Shown one piece after another: positions 44,585 to 54,600 of a stretch of 64,000 bases of DNA. The position numbers were made by a program, and so were the translations under genes. The notes below the pieces were generated by a model, which saw nothing but the letters and a program-made list of their open reading frames with translations, had not been told where the DNA came from and did not search any database. Origin of the DNA: an uncultured Acidobacteriota bacterium (lineage in GTDB: Bacteria > Acidobacteriota > Thermoanaerobaculia > Gp7-AA8); assembly GCA_963821585.1 (NCBI GenBank), contig CAWGEI010000005.1, positions 646,603 through 710,602 of the forward strand. Direction: 5' to 3'. The stretch's first letter is position 1; every line of letters begins with the position of its first letter.

Positions 44585-45235
44585 ATGAAATCCTCGAAGC
44601 TGTTCTTCGCGATCATTGCAGTCATCACACTGATCCACGCCGCGGCGGCCACTGCCGCGGGCATCGACATGGACAATCCGCGCCGCGCTCTGGGACGCGC
44701 GGGCGACGTCCGCATCGACGCCCAGCTCGGCCGCGAGACCGTCTCTCCCGGCGCTCCCATCGGGATCACCTATCAGATCCAGAACCTCTCCACCTCCACC
44801 GTTGCCATCGCCGCGAAAGTGAGCGACGCGAGCTACGACGCCGACACGCGCACGATCACCGTCGCGGTCGGTTCTGAAGTTCCGCCTGACGGCAACATGC
44901 CGCAGATGGTCCTCATCGCGCCGGGGGAGAAGAAGGTCCTGCAGGCCATGGCCACGCCGAAGCTCTCCGCGCAGGCGATGCGCAGCTCGTTCGCGGTGAC
45001 GCCGCGCTTCGTGCAGGTGAAGGTCGCGATCATGCGCAACGTCGAGCCGTTCTCCGCGCTCATCCAGGCGCAGGACGGCCGCACGAAGCGGCCCCTCTCG
45101 GACGAGCTGTTCGAGAAGTGGTTCGAGTGCAACGACACGATCTTCCTCAACAGCGTCCCCGTGCAGTTCGTCCCCTCGCCGGCAGCCGGCGGCGGCGCCG
45201 AAAGCGCCAGCGCCCGCGCGGTGGGCCGCTTCTGA
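44585..45235 (+). CDS. hypothetical secreted protein (paralogue 1 of a tandem pair)
   Basis: Signal peptide MKSSKLFFAIIAVITLIHAAAA. Collinear with the next gene (…VRIDAQLGRE..PGAPIGITYQIQN…TITVAVGSEVP…IAPGEKK…NSVPVQ). Confidence 0.55.
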   Translation: MKSSKLFFAIIAVITLIHAAAATAAGIDMDNPRRALGRAGDVRIDAQLGRETVSPGAPIGITYQIQNLSTSTVAIAAKVSDASYDADTRTITVAVGSEVPPDGNMPQMVLIAPGEKKVLQAMATPKLSAQAMRSSFAVTPRFVQVKVAIMRNVEPFSALIQAQDGRTKRPLSDELFEKWFECNDTIFLNSVPVQFVPSPAAGGGAESASARAVGRF

Positions 45236-45291
45236 TCGGAGCAATAATCGTCGCGCAGGGGGACGTTGCTCCGCTCACAGGAGGACGTCTC

Positions 45292-45921
45292 TTGACCCGG
45301 ATTCGCTCATCAGTCCTTGTGCTGCTCCTGACCGCGTGCGCGTCGTCGGCGGTCGACATGTCCGAGCCGCGACGCGTGGTCGGCACCGAGAGCTCGGTGC
45401 GGGTCGACGCGGAGATCGGCGAGGCCGCGCGTCCCGGCGCCCCCATCGCCATCACCTACGAGATCACCAACCAGCGCACGACCGCGATCGCCGTCGCGGA
45501 CATCCTCCCGGAGACCACGTTCGATCGCGAGACCCGCATCGTCACGGTGAGTATCGGGTCCGAGGTGCCGGGGACGACCATCCTGCCGCGGCTGGTGAAG
45601 ATCGGGCCGGGGGAGAAGAAGAGCTTCACCACCAACGCGCGCCTCACCCTCATGCCCACGCAGTCCGCCGATCCGCGCGCCAGCTCGAGCACGCTGCTGC
45701 GCCTGAAAGTGAACTTTCTCGGCGACACGGAACCGTTCGCGGAGCTGATCGACATCCCGGAGAAGGGCATCGCCGATGCGAAACGCGCGGACGAGCTCTT
45801 CGCGGTGTGGCTCGAGAAGAACGAGGCGGTCTACACCAACGCGGTGCCGGTGCAGACGACGGGGCGGTCGACGACGGAAGGCGACGCGTCGCAGCGCTCG
45901 CCGCGACGCGGGCGGGGGTGA
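45292..45921 (+). CDS. hypothetical lipoprotein (paralogue 2)
   Basis: TTG 45292 lies 7 nt after GGAGGA. Lipobox LLLTAC. …VRVDAEIGEA.RPGAPIAITYEITN…IVTVSIGSEVP…IGPGEKK…NAVPVQ. Confidence 0.55.
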   Translation: MTRIRSSVLVLLLTACASSAVDMSEPRRVVGTESSVRVDAEIGEAARPGAPIAITYEITNQRTTAIAVADILPETTFDRETRIVTVSIGSEVPGTTILPRLVKIGPGEKKSFTTNARLTLMPTQSADPRASSSTLLRLKVNFLGDTEPFAELIDIPEKGIADAKRADELFAVWLEKNEAVYTNAVPVQTTGRSTTEGDASQRSPRRGRG

Positions 45922-45926
45922 GCATG

Positions 45927-45987
45927 CAGGGCGGGCTTGAGGCCCGCCCTGCGAGATCCCTGGGCGGCTGAAGCCACGCCCTACGTG
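45927..45987. repeat. hairpin plus D-type half element between convergent genes
   Basis: CAGGGCGGGCTTGAGGCCCGCCCTG followed by GGCGGCTGAAGCCACGCCCTACGTG (same end as D1). Confidence 0.7.
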
Positions 45988-46323
45988 CTAGAAGCTGCGG
46001 ACCGCTTCCGCTTCGTTGTCGTACACCTCGAACACGGTGATGAGCTGCGTGACGTGCAGCAGCTCGTTCAGCTTGTCCGGGAGGTGCAGCAGCTTGAGCT
46101 TGCCGCCGCGGTTCGTCACGGTCGTGTACGAGCCGACCAGCTCGCCGATGCCCGACGAGTCGATCGTCGTGACGCCGGAGAGGTCGAGGAGGATGTTCGA
46201 CTTGCCGCCGTTGATGGCGTTCGTGATCACCTCGCGCAGTTGCGTGTCGCCGGAGCCGATCGTGATCTTCCCCTGCAGGGTGATGATCTCGACGTTGTCG
46301 ACGGTGCGGGTTGTGGCCTTCAT
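45988..46323 (-). CDS. STAS-domain anti-sigma-factor antagonist
   Basis: …ITLQGKITIGSGDTQLREVI…ILLDLSGVTTIDSSGIGELVGSY… (conserved phosphorylatable Ser context DSSGIG). Confidence 0.8.
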   Translation of the reverse strand: MKATTRTVDNVEIITLQGKITIGSGDTQLREVITNAINGGKSNILLDLSGVTTIDSSGIGELVGSYTTVTNRGGKLKLLHLPDKLNELLHVTQLITVFEVYDNEAEAVRSF

Positions 46324-46346
46324 GGTTCGTTTCTCCTTCTTTGAAT

Positions 46347-46802
46347 CTACGCTTTCGTGCTGGCGATGCCGTTGCCCTTCGACAGGTTCTTCGTCATGAC
46401 CAGCGACGTACCGCCGCCGGGGTTGAACGAATAGTGGACCTGATCCATGAATGTCTTCATGTAGAAGATGCCGCGGCCGCTGGTTTTCATGAGGTTCTGC
46501 GGGTTGAGCGGATCGCTCACTTTCTCGGGGTCGAATCCTGATCCTTCGTCGGAGATCGTGATCTCCAGCTCCAGTCCATCCAGTTCAAACGTCGCGAAGA
46601 CCTTTTTGTGGACGTCGAGCTTGTTGCCGTGCTTGATCGCGTTCGCGACCGCCTCCCGGACCGCCATGCCGATCCAGTGAGACCCATCCTCGTCGACACC
46701 CGCGTTCTCGCACAGGTGTTCAGCGATCACCTGGACCAGTTCGATATTCTCGAAGCGGCTGCTGATCGTGATCTCGATACGCTCGGTGTCGCCGCTCTGC
46801 AT
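46347..46802 (-). CDS. anti-sigma regulatory factor / Ser-protein kinase (RsbW/SpoIIAB-like, HATPase_c)
   Basis: …AVREAVANAIKHGN… and …DEGSGFDP…SGRGIFYMKTFMD…. Confidence 0.8.
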   Translation of the reverse strand: MQSGDTERIEITISSRFENIELVQVIAEHLCENAGVDEDGSHWIGMAVREAVANAIKHGNKLDVHKKVFATFELDGLELEITISDEGSGFDPEKVSDPLNPQNLMKTSGRGIFYMKTFMDQVHYSFNPGGGTSLVMTKNLSKGNGIASTKA

Positions 46803-46867
46803 GGGCTGAGTCGCCGCGCATTCTAAGGGAACGGAATGGCTGGCGTAAACGTCGGGTTGCGCAGCGC

Positions 46868-47992
46868 ATGATTCGGCGCCGCCCCGCTCGTCTGCTGTTT
46901 GTTTTCCTGCTGACCTCCTGCGCGAACGCTTCCCCCCTCGCGCCGGGCATGAAAGCGGTCGAGCAGATCCGTGGCCGGAAGTTCGTCAGCGACGTCCGAA
47001 ACGTCAGCATCGACCGTTCGGATCTTTCCAAACACCTCAAGCAGCAGATGGAGCATTCCACCCCCTATTCACTGCAGGACTGGGGCCGGGTCCTCCGCGC
47101 GCTGCAGCTGGTGGACGTCCAGCCGAACGAGATCCTGCCGAAGCTCCTCTCCCTCTACGAGTCGCAGGTCCTGGCCTTCTACGACCCGCAGTCGCACACC
47201 TACTACTCCATCAAGCAGCTCCCCAAGCTGCCGCCCGAGGCGGCCAAGCTCGTCGATCCCAAGACCCTGGAAGAGACCGTCATGGTCCACGAGCTCACCC
47301 ACGCGCTCCAGGACCAGCACTTCAATCTGGGCGCCAAAGAGAAGGCGCTCATGACCGATACCGACGCCAACCTCGCGTACCACGCGGTGCTCGAAGGCGA
47401 GGCGGTGCTGGTGATGGTCGCCCACATGCTCCAGAAGTCGGGCATCGACATCGACGAGGTCGTCAAGGACGACGCGATGCTCGGCATGATCTCCTCGGCC
47501 GCCCAGGCCGAGCAGATGATCGATCCGTCCACGCCGCGCTACTTCGCGGACATGCTGAAGTTCCCGTATCTCGAAGGCCTGAAGTTCGTCGTCGCCGCCT
47601 ATCGCCGCGGCGGCTGGGCCGAGATCGACAAGATCCACGCGAACCCTCCGCGCACGACGCGCGAGGTGCTCCACCCCGAGGAGTACTTCGGCGGTACGTT
47701 CAAGCCCCGTCCGTTCAGTGCGGCCAAGCCCGCCGGCGCGATCGCCACCGAGCATCTCGGCGAGTTCCACTGGCGCCATCTCGTCGGCCAGGACGCGTCG
47801 CAGGGATGGGTGAACGACCGCGCCATCGTCTTCAACGACCGCCGCGTGCAGATCGAGACGGAGTGGGAGAGCGAGCAGCGCGCGGAAGCGTTCGCGAGCG
47901 CCTACGAGTCGGTCCTCACCAAACGCGGCCTCGCGCCGAAGATCGTGCGCAACGGCGTCAAGGTCGGCGCGACCTACACCGCGAACCCATGA
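46868..47992 (+). CDS. putative zinc metalloprotease lipoprotein (HExxH)
   Basis: Lipobox FLLTSC. VMVHELTHALQDQHF motif. First gene of a five-gene overlapping operon that includes selD. Confidence 0.5.
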   Translation: MIRRRPARLLFVFLLTSCANASPLAPGMKAVEQIRGRKFVSDVRNVSIDRSDLSKHLKQQMEHSTPYSLQDWGRVLRALQLVDVQPNEILPKLLSLYESQVLAFYDPQSHTYYSIKQLPKLPPEAAKLVDPKTLEETVMVHELTHALQDQHFNLGAKEKALMTDTDANLAYHAVLEGEAVLVMVAHMLQKSGIDIDEVVKDDAMLGMISSAAQAEQMIDPSTPRYFADMLKFPYLEGLKFVVAAYRRGGWAEIDKIHANPPRTTREVLHPEEYFGGTFKPRPFSAAKPAGAIATEHLGEFHWRHLVGQDASQGWVNDRAIVFNDRRVQIETEWESEQRAEAFASAYESVLTKRGLAPKIVRNGVKVGATYTANP

Positions 47993-48261
47993 ACATCGAC
48001 TACGACACGCTCGAACAGGACGTCGAGGACGGCACCTTCCGGCAGCGCCTCGAAGAAGAGCTGACCCTGGGCTTCCGCCAGATCGACGCCGCCGGCGAGC
48101 GCCTCCCCCTCGCGTCCTACTACGCCGCCCAGATCGCGGAGATCGTCAACCGCGATGTCTCGCTCTCCGAGGAGCTGAAGTACTACCTGTACCAGGAGAT
48201 CCTCCTCGCCTGCGAGAATGCGCGCGCGGCGGTGCTCGGCGAAGATAAACTCCCTTCGTGA
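47989..48261 (+). CDS. hypothetical acidic small protein
   Basis: ATG overlaps the upstream stop (ATGA). MNIDYDTLEQDVEDGTFRQRLEEELTLGF... No family recognised. Confidence 0.45.
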   Translation: MNIDYDTLEQDVEDGTFRQRLEEELTLGFRQIDAAGERLPLASYYAAQIAEIVNRDVSLSEELKYYLYQEILLACENARAAVLGEDKLPS

Positions 48262-49313
48262 AGCACTCGTTGCGCCGTTATCCCGCCCTCTCGTCGTTCG
48301 CGACGACCGGCGGCTGAGCGTGCAAGCTGGGTCAGGATGACCTGCGCTCGATCCTCGCCAAACTCCCCTCCAACGAAGGGGTCGGGGATCTTCTTGTCGG
48401 AAATTCGACCTGCGACGACGCGGCCGTGATCCGCATCGCGGGCGATACTGCGATCGCGCAGACCGTCGACTTCTTCACGCCCATCGTCGACGACCCGTAT
48501 CTCTTCGGCCAGATCGCCGCGGCTAATTCGATCTCCGACATCTACGCCATGGGCGCGACGCCGATCCTCGGCCTCGCCATCGCGGGCTTCCCGACCGACA
48601 AGCTCCCGCTCGACGTGCTCGAAGAGATCCTGCGCGGCGGTGCGGACAAAGCGATCGAGGCGGGATTCCCGGTCGCCGGCGGTCACACGATCATCGACGA
48701 CGTGCCGAAGTACGGGCTCGTCGTCACCGGCGTCGTCAGCGTCGACAAGCTCGTGCGCAATTCCACGGGGCGCGTGGGAGACGTGCTGTATCTCACCAAG
48801 CCGATCGGCAATGGCATCCTGGTCACCGCGAACCGCTCGAACAAGCTGTTCCATCAGAAGCCGCCGCTCGACGAGGCCATCCGCTGGATGACGATGCTCA
48901 ATCGCGATGCGGCGGCGGCGATGGTCGAGACCGGCGCGAGCGCGGCGACGGACGTCACCGGCTACGGGCTCATCGGCCATCTGCTGGAGATGTGTGAAGG
49001 CGCCGGCGTCGGCGCCGACATCAGTGTCAGCGCCGTGCCCGTGCTCGAACGCGTGCGCGAGACGCTGGCGCAGGGCTTCCGCTCCGGGGGGACCATGCGG
49101 AACGTGAAGACATTCCAGGACCGCGTCCGCTTGAATGTCCCCGAATCCGAATTCACTTTGATGTGTGACGCGCAGACTTCCGGAGGACTCCTCATCGCGA
49201 TCGGCCCGGAAAAGGCCGGCGCGCTGGAGAGCCGGCTGCGCGAGAGCGGCCTGTTCTATGCAAAGGTTGGAGTGCTGACCCCGGACCGGGGTCGCATCAC
49301 TCTGAATGCGTGA
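48258..49313 (+). CDS. selD: selenide, water dikinase SelD, with in-frame UGA (selenocysteine) at 48315-48317
   Basis: The track ORF begins only at 48426. The same frame is open back to GTG 48258 (GTGA overlap with the upstream stop) except for one TGA. This gives VKHSLRRYPALSSFATTGG-U-ACKLGQDDLRSILAKL, aligning with the E. coli GAGCGCK active-site loop (Cys17/Lys20). Downstream motifs: DDAAVIRI, VDFFTPIVDDPYLFGQIAAANSISDIYAMG. Confidence 0.8.
48315..48347 (+). promoter_or_regulatory. Sec-UGA plus candidate SECIS stem-loop
   Basis: UGA GCGUGCAAGCUGGGUCAGGAUGACCUGCGCUC. GAGCG pairs with CGCUC, with an inner GGUCA-GGA-UGACC helix. Folded by eye only. Confidence 0.4.
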
Positions 49314-49320
49314 AGGAGCA

Positions 49321-49704
49321 ATGATGGCGGACTCGAATCAGGGATATCCCGACGATGTGAACACGGTGCCGGCCGAGGACGGCACGACCTGGGTCGAGAT
49401 CGCGAGCATGGGGACGGAAGACGAGGCCAGGCTCATGCAGGGCTTCCTCGAGGCGGAAGGCATCCCGGCGCAGGTGGAGAACGTGACGTTCTCGATGGAG
49501 CCGGTGACGTTCGGCATGATGGGCGAGATCCGCGTGTACGTCGGCTCCGAGGACGAACCGCGCGCGCAGGAACTGCTGCGCTCGCGCGATCGTCAGGCGG
49601 AGAATCTCGACGACGACGAAGAGACGCTCGTTACGGATGAGGGGCCCGCGCTGATCGACGAGAACGCGCAGGCCGTGCGCGATGACGGATCATCCCAGTC
49701 CTGA
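49321..49704 (+). CDS. DUF2007 (putative signal-transducing) domain protein
   Basis: AAGGAG lies just upstream. WVEIASMGTEDEARLMQGFLEAEGIPAQVEN...IRVYVGSEDEPRAQELL fits the DUF2007 pattern. Acidic tail. Confidence 0.6.
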   Translation: MMADSNQGYPDDVNTVPAEDGTTWVEIASMGTEDEARLMQGFLEAEGIPAQVENVTFSMEPVTFGMMGEIRVYVGSEDEPRAQELLRSRDRQAENLDDDEETLVTDEGPALIDENAQAVRDDGSSQS

Positions 49705-50257
49705 GCAACCGTCCGAGCCGTCGGGCATGCCGCGATGGGTGCCGGTGCTGATCGGCGCCATCCTCGTGGGCATGGCCGCACTCGCGGTCTACACCGGATT
49801 GCGCAGCCGCAACGAGGGCACGATCCTCGCGCACGTGCGCCCGCAGCACCAGCAGCAGGCCAATGCGCCCGCGCCCCCGGGCGAGCCGGGCGCCGGCGAG
49901 TCGCTCGTCGTCCACGGCGACGAAGGGGAGACCGCGCCCGCGGCGAACGAGCCCGTGCGCGGCCAGTCGCGCGCGGTGGTGACGGGCGGGCCGGGCGGTG
50001 TCAGCGCGGTCGTGCGCATCTGGGCGCGCCGCGGCATGGTGCTCAACATCCTGCCCGAGGACACGATGATCTACGTCAACGACCTGCCCATCGGCCAGGC
50101 CAAGCAGTTCAACACGATGGACGAAGCGTACGAGTTCGCCGCGGCAGGAAGCTACAACGTGAAGCTCGTCGCCCCGAACGGCGTGGAGAAGATGTACGTC
50201 GTGACCGCGAGCGACGACGCGCAGCAGGACGTAGCGCGCATCTCCGCGCAACTGTAG
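49682..50257 (+). CDS. hypothetical membrane-anchored protein
   Basis: One TM segment (WVPVLIGAILVGMAALAVYTG). C-terminal beta-rich domain (MIYVNDLPIGQAK...YNVKLVAPNGVEKMYVV). Overlaps the upstream gene by 23 nt. Confidence 0.5.
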   Translation: MTDHPSPEQPSEPSGMPRWVPVLIGAILVGMAALAVYTGLRSRNEGTILAHVRPQHQQQANAPAPPGEPGAGESLVVHGDEGETAPAANEPVRGQSRAVVTGGPGGVSAVVRIWARRGMVLNILPEDTMIYVNDLPIGQAKQFNTMDEAYEFAAAGSYNVKLVAPNGVEKMYVVTASDDAQQDVARISAQL

Positions 50258-50272
50258 GGCGCCGTAAATCGC

Positions 50273-50438
50273 CGCAATGGCGTTCACTTTAGGCGAGTGG
50301 GCCCCTCACCCGGCCTTCGGCTATCTTGGTGTTCCTTCTCGCGAGAGGGAAACCGGACTGTCCCCTCTCCCCGCGCGTGAGCGTGGGGAGAGGGTGGCCG
50401 AAGGCCGGGTGAGGGGCGCGCTCGCCTAAAGTGAACGG
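50273..50438. mobile_element. B-type palindromic element, copy B2 (short form, right end degenerate)
   Basis: CGCAATGGCGTTCACTTTAGGCGAGTGGGCCCCTCACCCGGCCTTCGGC ... GCCGAAGGCCGGGTGAGGGGCGCGCTCGCCTAAAGTGAACGG. Confidence 0.8.
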
Positions 50439-50463
50439 TCACCACCGCCCCGCCACCGCACTC

Positions 50464-51570
50464 CTAAACTCGCTTGATCACCGCGATGGACACGTCGTCG
50501 TCCGGCACGACCGTGCCGATGAACATGCGCCACTCGCCGAGGATTGAGTCGATCAGCGATTGCGCGGTCGCCTCGGGGTGCCAGCCGGCGATCACGTCGA
50601 GGTAGGTGTCGCCGAACTCGTTCTCCTGGAGGTTGCGGGCCTCGGTGAGGCCGTCGGAGTGCAACAAAATGCGCTCGCCGGAGGCCAGCGTGCCGGAAGT
50701 GCTCTCCCAGTCGAGATTCGCTTTCACGCCGAGGGGGTAGGCACCGCGGCCGATGCGCTCGACGACGCGGCCGGAGGCGTCGATCTTCAGCACCGGCGGA
50801 TGGCCGGCGATCGTCGCGACGTACGAGCCGTCCGGCTCGAGCAGGAAGTAGCAGCACGAGAAGAACGACCGCGAGCCGCCGGTGCGGCAGAGGATGCGGT
50901 TGAGCGACGCGACGATGCTCCCCGGCGACGGATCGACTTCGAGCTGCGTGCGGAACGCGGCGTGCGCGACCGCCATCACCAGGCCCGCGGCCATGCCGTG
51001 CCCCGAGGCGTCGCCGAACAGCACCGCCAGCCGGCCGTCGGGGAGCGGGACGAAATCGTAGATGTCGCCGCCGACCGTGTTCGCGATGCGGTTGAACGCC
51101 GCGATCTCCCACGGCTCCGTCCGCGGCATCTCGTGCGGGATGAGGCTGGCCTGCAGGTCCCGCGCGAGCTGCAGCTCGTCGCGGTACTTCACCTTGTCGA
51201 TCAGCTCCATCGCCAGGAGCAGCACCATCAGCAGGAACGTCGCCGCGACCTCGATGAACGTCCAGAGCGGCGGGTTGGCCGTCTGTGTGAAGAGCGAGAA
51301 CAGGCAGACGAAGAAGAAGACGAAGCCGAGGCCGAACAGAATCCGGCGCTGTGGCGCGAGGCGTTTGGCCAGGCCGTAGAAGATCGCGCTCACCGACCGG
51401 ACCCAGCGGCGGACGCGCCGCGGGTCCTTCTCGATGGACGCGCTGTGCTCGGCCATCAGGATCTTCTTCGTCTCCGGCCACTCGAGCGCGTACAGATTCG
51501 TCATGTCCGCCGAGGTCAGGGACGTGAAGGTGTTCTTGCCGAGATTCAGCCAATCGCGAAGACGAGCCAC
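50464..51570 (-). CDS. membrane-bound PP2C-type (SpoIIE/RsbU-like) serine phosphatase
   Basis: Two or three TM segments, then [34 protein letters not shown] and LHSDGLTEA motifs. Confidence 0.8.
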   Translation of the reverse strand: MARLRDWLNLGKNTFTSLTSADMTNLYALEWPETKKILMAEHSASIEKDPRRVRRWVRSVSAIFYGLAKRLAPQRRILFGLGFVFFFVCLFSLFTQTANPPLWTFIEVAATFLLMVLLLAMELIDKVKYRDELQLARDLQASLIPHEMPRTEPWEIAAFNRIANTVGGDIYDFVPLPDGRLAVLFGDASGHGMAAGLVMAVAHAAFRTQLEVDPSPGSIVASLNRILCRTGGSRSFFSCCYFLLEPDGSYVATIAGHPPVLKIDASGRVVERIGRGAYPLGVKANLDWESTSGTLASGERILLHSDGLTEARNLQENEFGDTYLDVIAGWHPEATAQSLIDSILGEWRMFIGTVVPDDDVSIAVIKRV

Positions 51571-51623
51571 ACGCGGATTGTACGGATCGCGGGGATGCGA
51601 GTTGCGAGTTGTACACTCCCGGA

Positions 51624-54600
51624 ATGCGCCGGTGGCTCCTCCTCGTGTCGCTCGCGACGGTAGCTCTCCGGGCGCAGGAGCTGCCGTTCACCCACTTCAC
51701 GACCGACGACCTCCTCCCCTCCGAAAGCGTCCAGAAGATCATCCAGGACCACCAGGGCTTCATCTGGCTCGGCTTCTACTCCACCGGCGTCGCCCGCTAC
51801 GACGGACGGACCATGGAGAGCTACGGCGTCGCCGACGGCATCGCCGATCCCACCGTGCGCGAGATCGTCGAAGACCGCACCCATCGCCTCTGGATCGGCA
51901 CCGAGGCGGGGCTGGTCGTGTCGGAGCGGCCGCTCGACGGCTACGCGCCGGGCGCGCGCGTGCGCTTCGTCGACAAGGGACTGACGCGGTCGCGCATGCG
52001 CCGCAACTGCGTCGTGGCGGCGCCCGACGGATGGGTCTGGGCGGGGACCCAGGACGGCATCGTGCGCTACCGCTTCGAAGGCACGCGGCTCCGCAGCCAG
52101 ACCATCGACCTGAGCGCCGTCGAGACGCCCGTCGCCGCGCTGGCCATGCTCGTGCGCCGCGACGGCTCCGTGCTCGTCAGCCTCGCGGCGGGAACGATCG
52201 TCGCCGTCGATCCCCAGGGAAAGGTCCAGCGCGTGATCACACGCAGCACGCCCGCGACCTTCTCCCTCGCGGAGACGCCCGACGGCACGCTCTGGGGCGG
52301 CATGGTCAACGGCGCGGTGTGGCGCCTGGACAACGGCGTGACGCGCGTCGTGAATCACGAGCTCCGGGAGCGCGTCGTCGCCCTTCTCGTCACCCGTGCG
52401 AACGAGCTCTGGGCCGCGAGCCTCGGCAGCGGCATGGTACGGATCAACCTCCGGGACGACTCCGCGCTGCGCGTCACCCGCGCGAACGGCCTCCTCACCG
52501 AGACCCTCTGGTCCATGCTCGAGGATCGCGAGCACAACCTCTGGTTCGGCCAGAACGGCGGCCTCTCCCGCCTGCGCAAGGGCTACCACGCGTTCCACGC
52601 CTGGACCCCGCGCACCCGTCCCGGGCTGCCCGATCTGTCGACGTTCGCGGTCCTGCCGCTCGACGGCGCGATCTGGGCGGGCACCGGGGACGGGCTGGCG
52701 AGGCTGATGCCCGGCGGCACGACCACCACGTGGCGCACGACCGACGGACTCCCCTCGAACCAGGTCTACCGCATCGCCCGCGCCGCCGACGGCACCATGT
52801 GGGTCGCGACGTCGGGAGGCATAGCCTCCGTGTCCCGCGACGGGGTCGTGACCGCGCACGGCCTCGACACTACCTACGCGATCCTGATTCAGGACACGAT
52901 GACCTGCTTCGCCGGCATCTTCGGCGTGGCCTGCCACGCCGGCGGTAAGTGGTCGAAATTCGGGCGCGAGAGCGGACTCTCGCCCGCGGGCGCGACCAGC
53001 ATCGCCTTCGACGGCGAAGGACATCTCTTCGTCGGCAGCATCGACCGCGGTGTGTACCGCTCCACCACGCGCCTCGCGCCGGACACTCCGGGCCCGAAGT
53101 TCGTGCGCGTCTGGAGCCGCGAGAACGGTGCGCCGTCCGACAGCGTCCGGTCCCTGCTCTACCACGACGGCAGGCTCTGGATCGGCACCGGCGCCGGGCT
53201 CTCCGTCCTCGGCGGCAGGACCATCTTCCGGGGACGTCCCGCGATCGGCATGACCGCCGCGGGCAATCGCATCTGGGTGAGCAACAACGCCGGCATCGTC
53301 GAAGTCGACCCGGCCGCGCAGCGCGTCGTGTCGCAGGTCTCCCGGGCCGACGGCCTCCTCAAGGATGAAGTCTGGGCGTACGGCCCGATCGCCACCGACC
53401 CGCAGGGGCGCATCTACCTCGCGACGCCGCGGGGACTCTCCGTCTTCGATCCCGCGAAGCGCGAGTGGAACACGCTGCCGCCGCTCGTGCGCCTGCGCCG
53501 CATCGAGCACGGCGAGGACAACGAGATCGGCTTCGAGTACGCGGCGCTGACGTTCGCCGCCGAGTCGCGCGTCCGCTACCGCACCCGCCTCGGCGGCTTC
53601 GACCGCGACTGGTCGGCCGAGACCACGGACGCGAAGATCCGCTACACGAACCTCCCCGCGTACCTCTTCACGCGCAGCTACGATTTCCAGGTCAAGGCGC
53701 GCAACGCCGACGGCTACTGGTCCGAGCCGCTGTCCTATCGATTCACCGTCGCGCCGCCGCTCTGGCTGCGCTGGTGGGCGGCGCTCGCGTACCTCGTGGT
53801 CATCGTCGCCGCCGCGTGGGCGATCAACCGCTGGCGCATGCGCCAGCTCCAGCGCAAGAACCGCGTCCTCGAAGACCTCGTCTTCGCGCGCACCGACGAG
53901 ATCCGCTCCCAGGCGCGCGAGCTGGAGACGCTCGACCGCATCGTCGAGATGATCAACCGCGAAGTGAAGCTCGAGGACGTGCTCAAGAGCATCCTCGAGC
54001 AGGGGATGAAGCTCTTCCCGAACGCGGAAAAGGGCGTCTTCCTGATGTTCGATCCTGAGACCCGGCGCACCGAGGTCGTCGGCGCCTCGGGGTACGATCC
54101 GGACCTCTTCCGCGGCGTATCGCTCTCCTACGAAGAAGCGATGCAGCGCTACTCCGGCCGCGCGGAGCAGCTCGGCGAGGGCGTGTACCTGATCCGCTCC
54201 GCCGACTTCCCGCACCTCGCGGCCGCGGAGAAGATCAGCCACTTCCCGAAGCCGAAGGCGATGCTCACCATGGCCGTCACTCTTGGCGGGCGCATGGAAG
54301 GCTTCCTCATCTTCGACAACTTCTCGAACGAGGATGCGTTCGGCCCGGCGGACCTGGAGAAGCTCGCCCGCGTGCGCGAGCACGCCGTCTCCGCCATCGC
54401 CAAGGCGCGCATCCTGCGCGAGCTGCAGCTGCGCAATGAACAGGCCGAGGATGCGAACCGGGCGAAGTCGATCTTCCTGGCGAACATGAGCCACGAATTA
54501 CGCACGCCGATGAACGCGATCATCGGCTTCTCCGAGATCCTCGTCGAGCGGCTGCAGGACAAGGTCGAGCCGAAGTACACCGGCTTCCTCCGCTCCATCC

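Noticed and set aside
51546-54494. Very long ORFs antisense to or overlapping real genes. Examples: 51546..54494 (-) 982 aa, 1521..3524 (-) 667 aa, 5901..7967 (-) 688 aa, 34304..36418 (-) 704 aa, 6062..8122 (+) and 8117..10303 (-).
   Set aside because: Their translations are Arg/Ala/Gly/Pro-rich low-complexity strings with no motifs. They lie opposite or out of frame to genes with clear family signatures. This is the typical stop-codon-poor shadow ORF of high-GC DNA.
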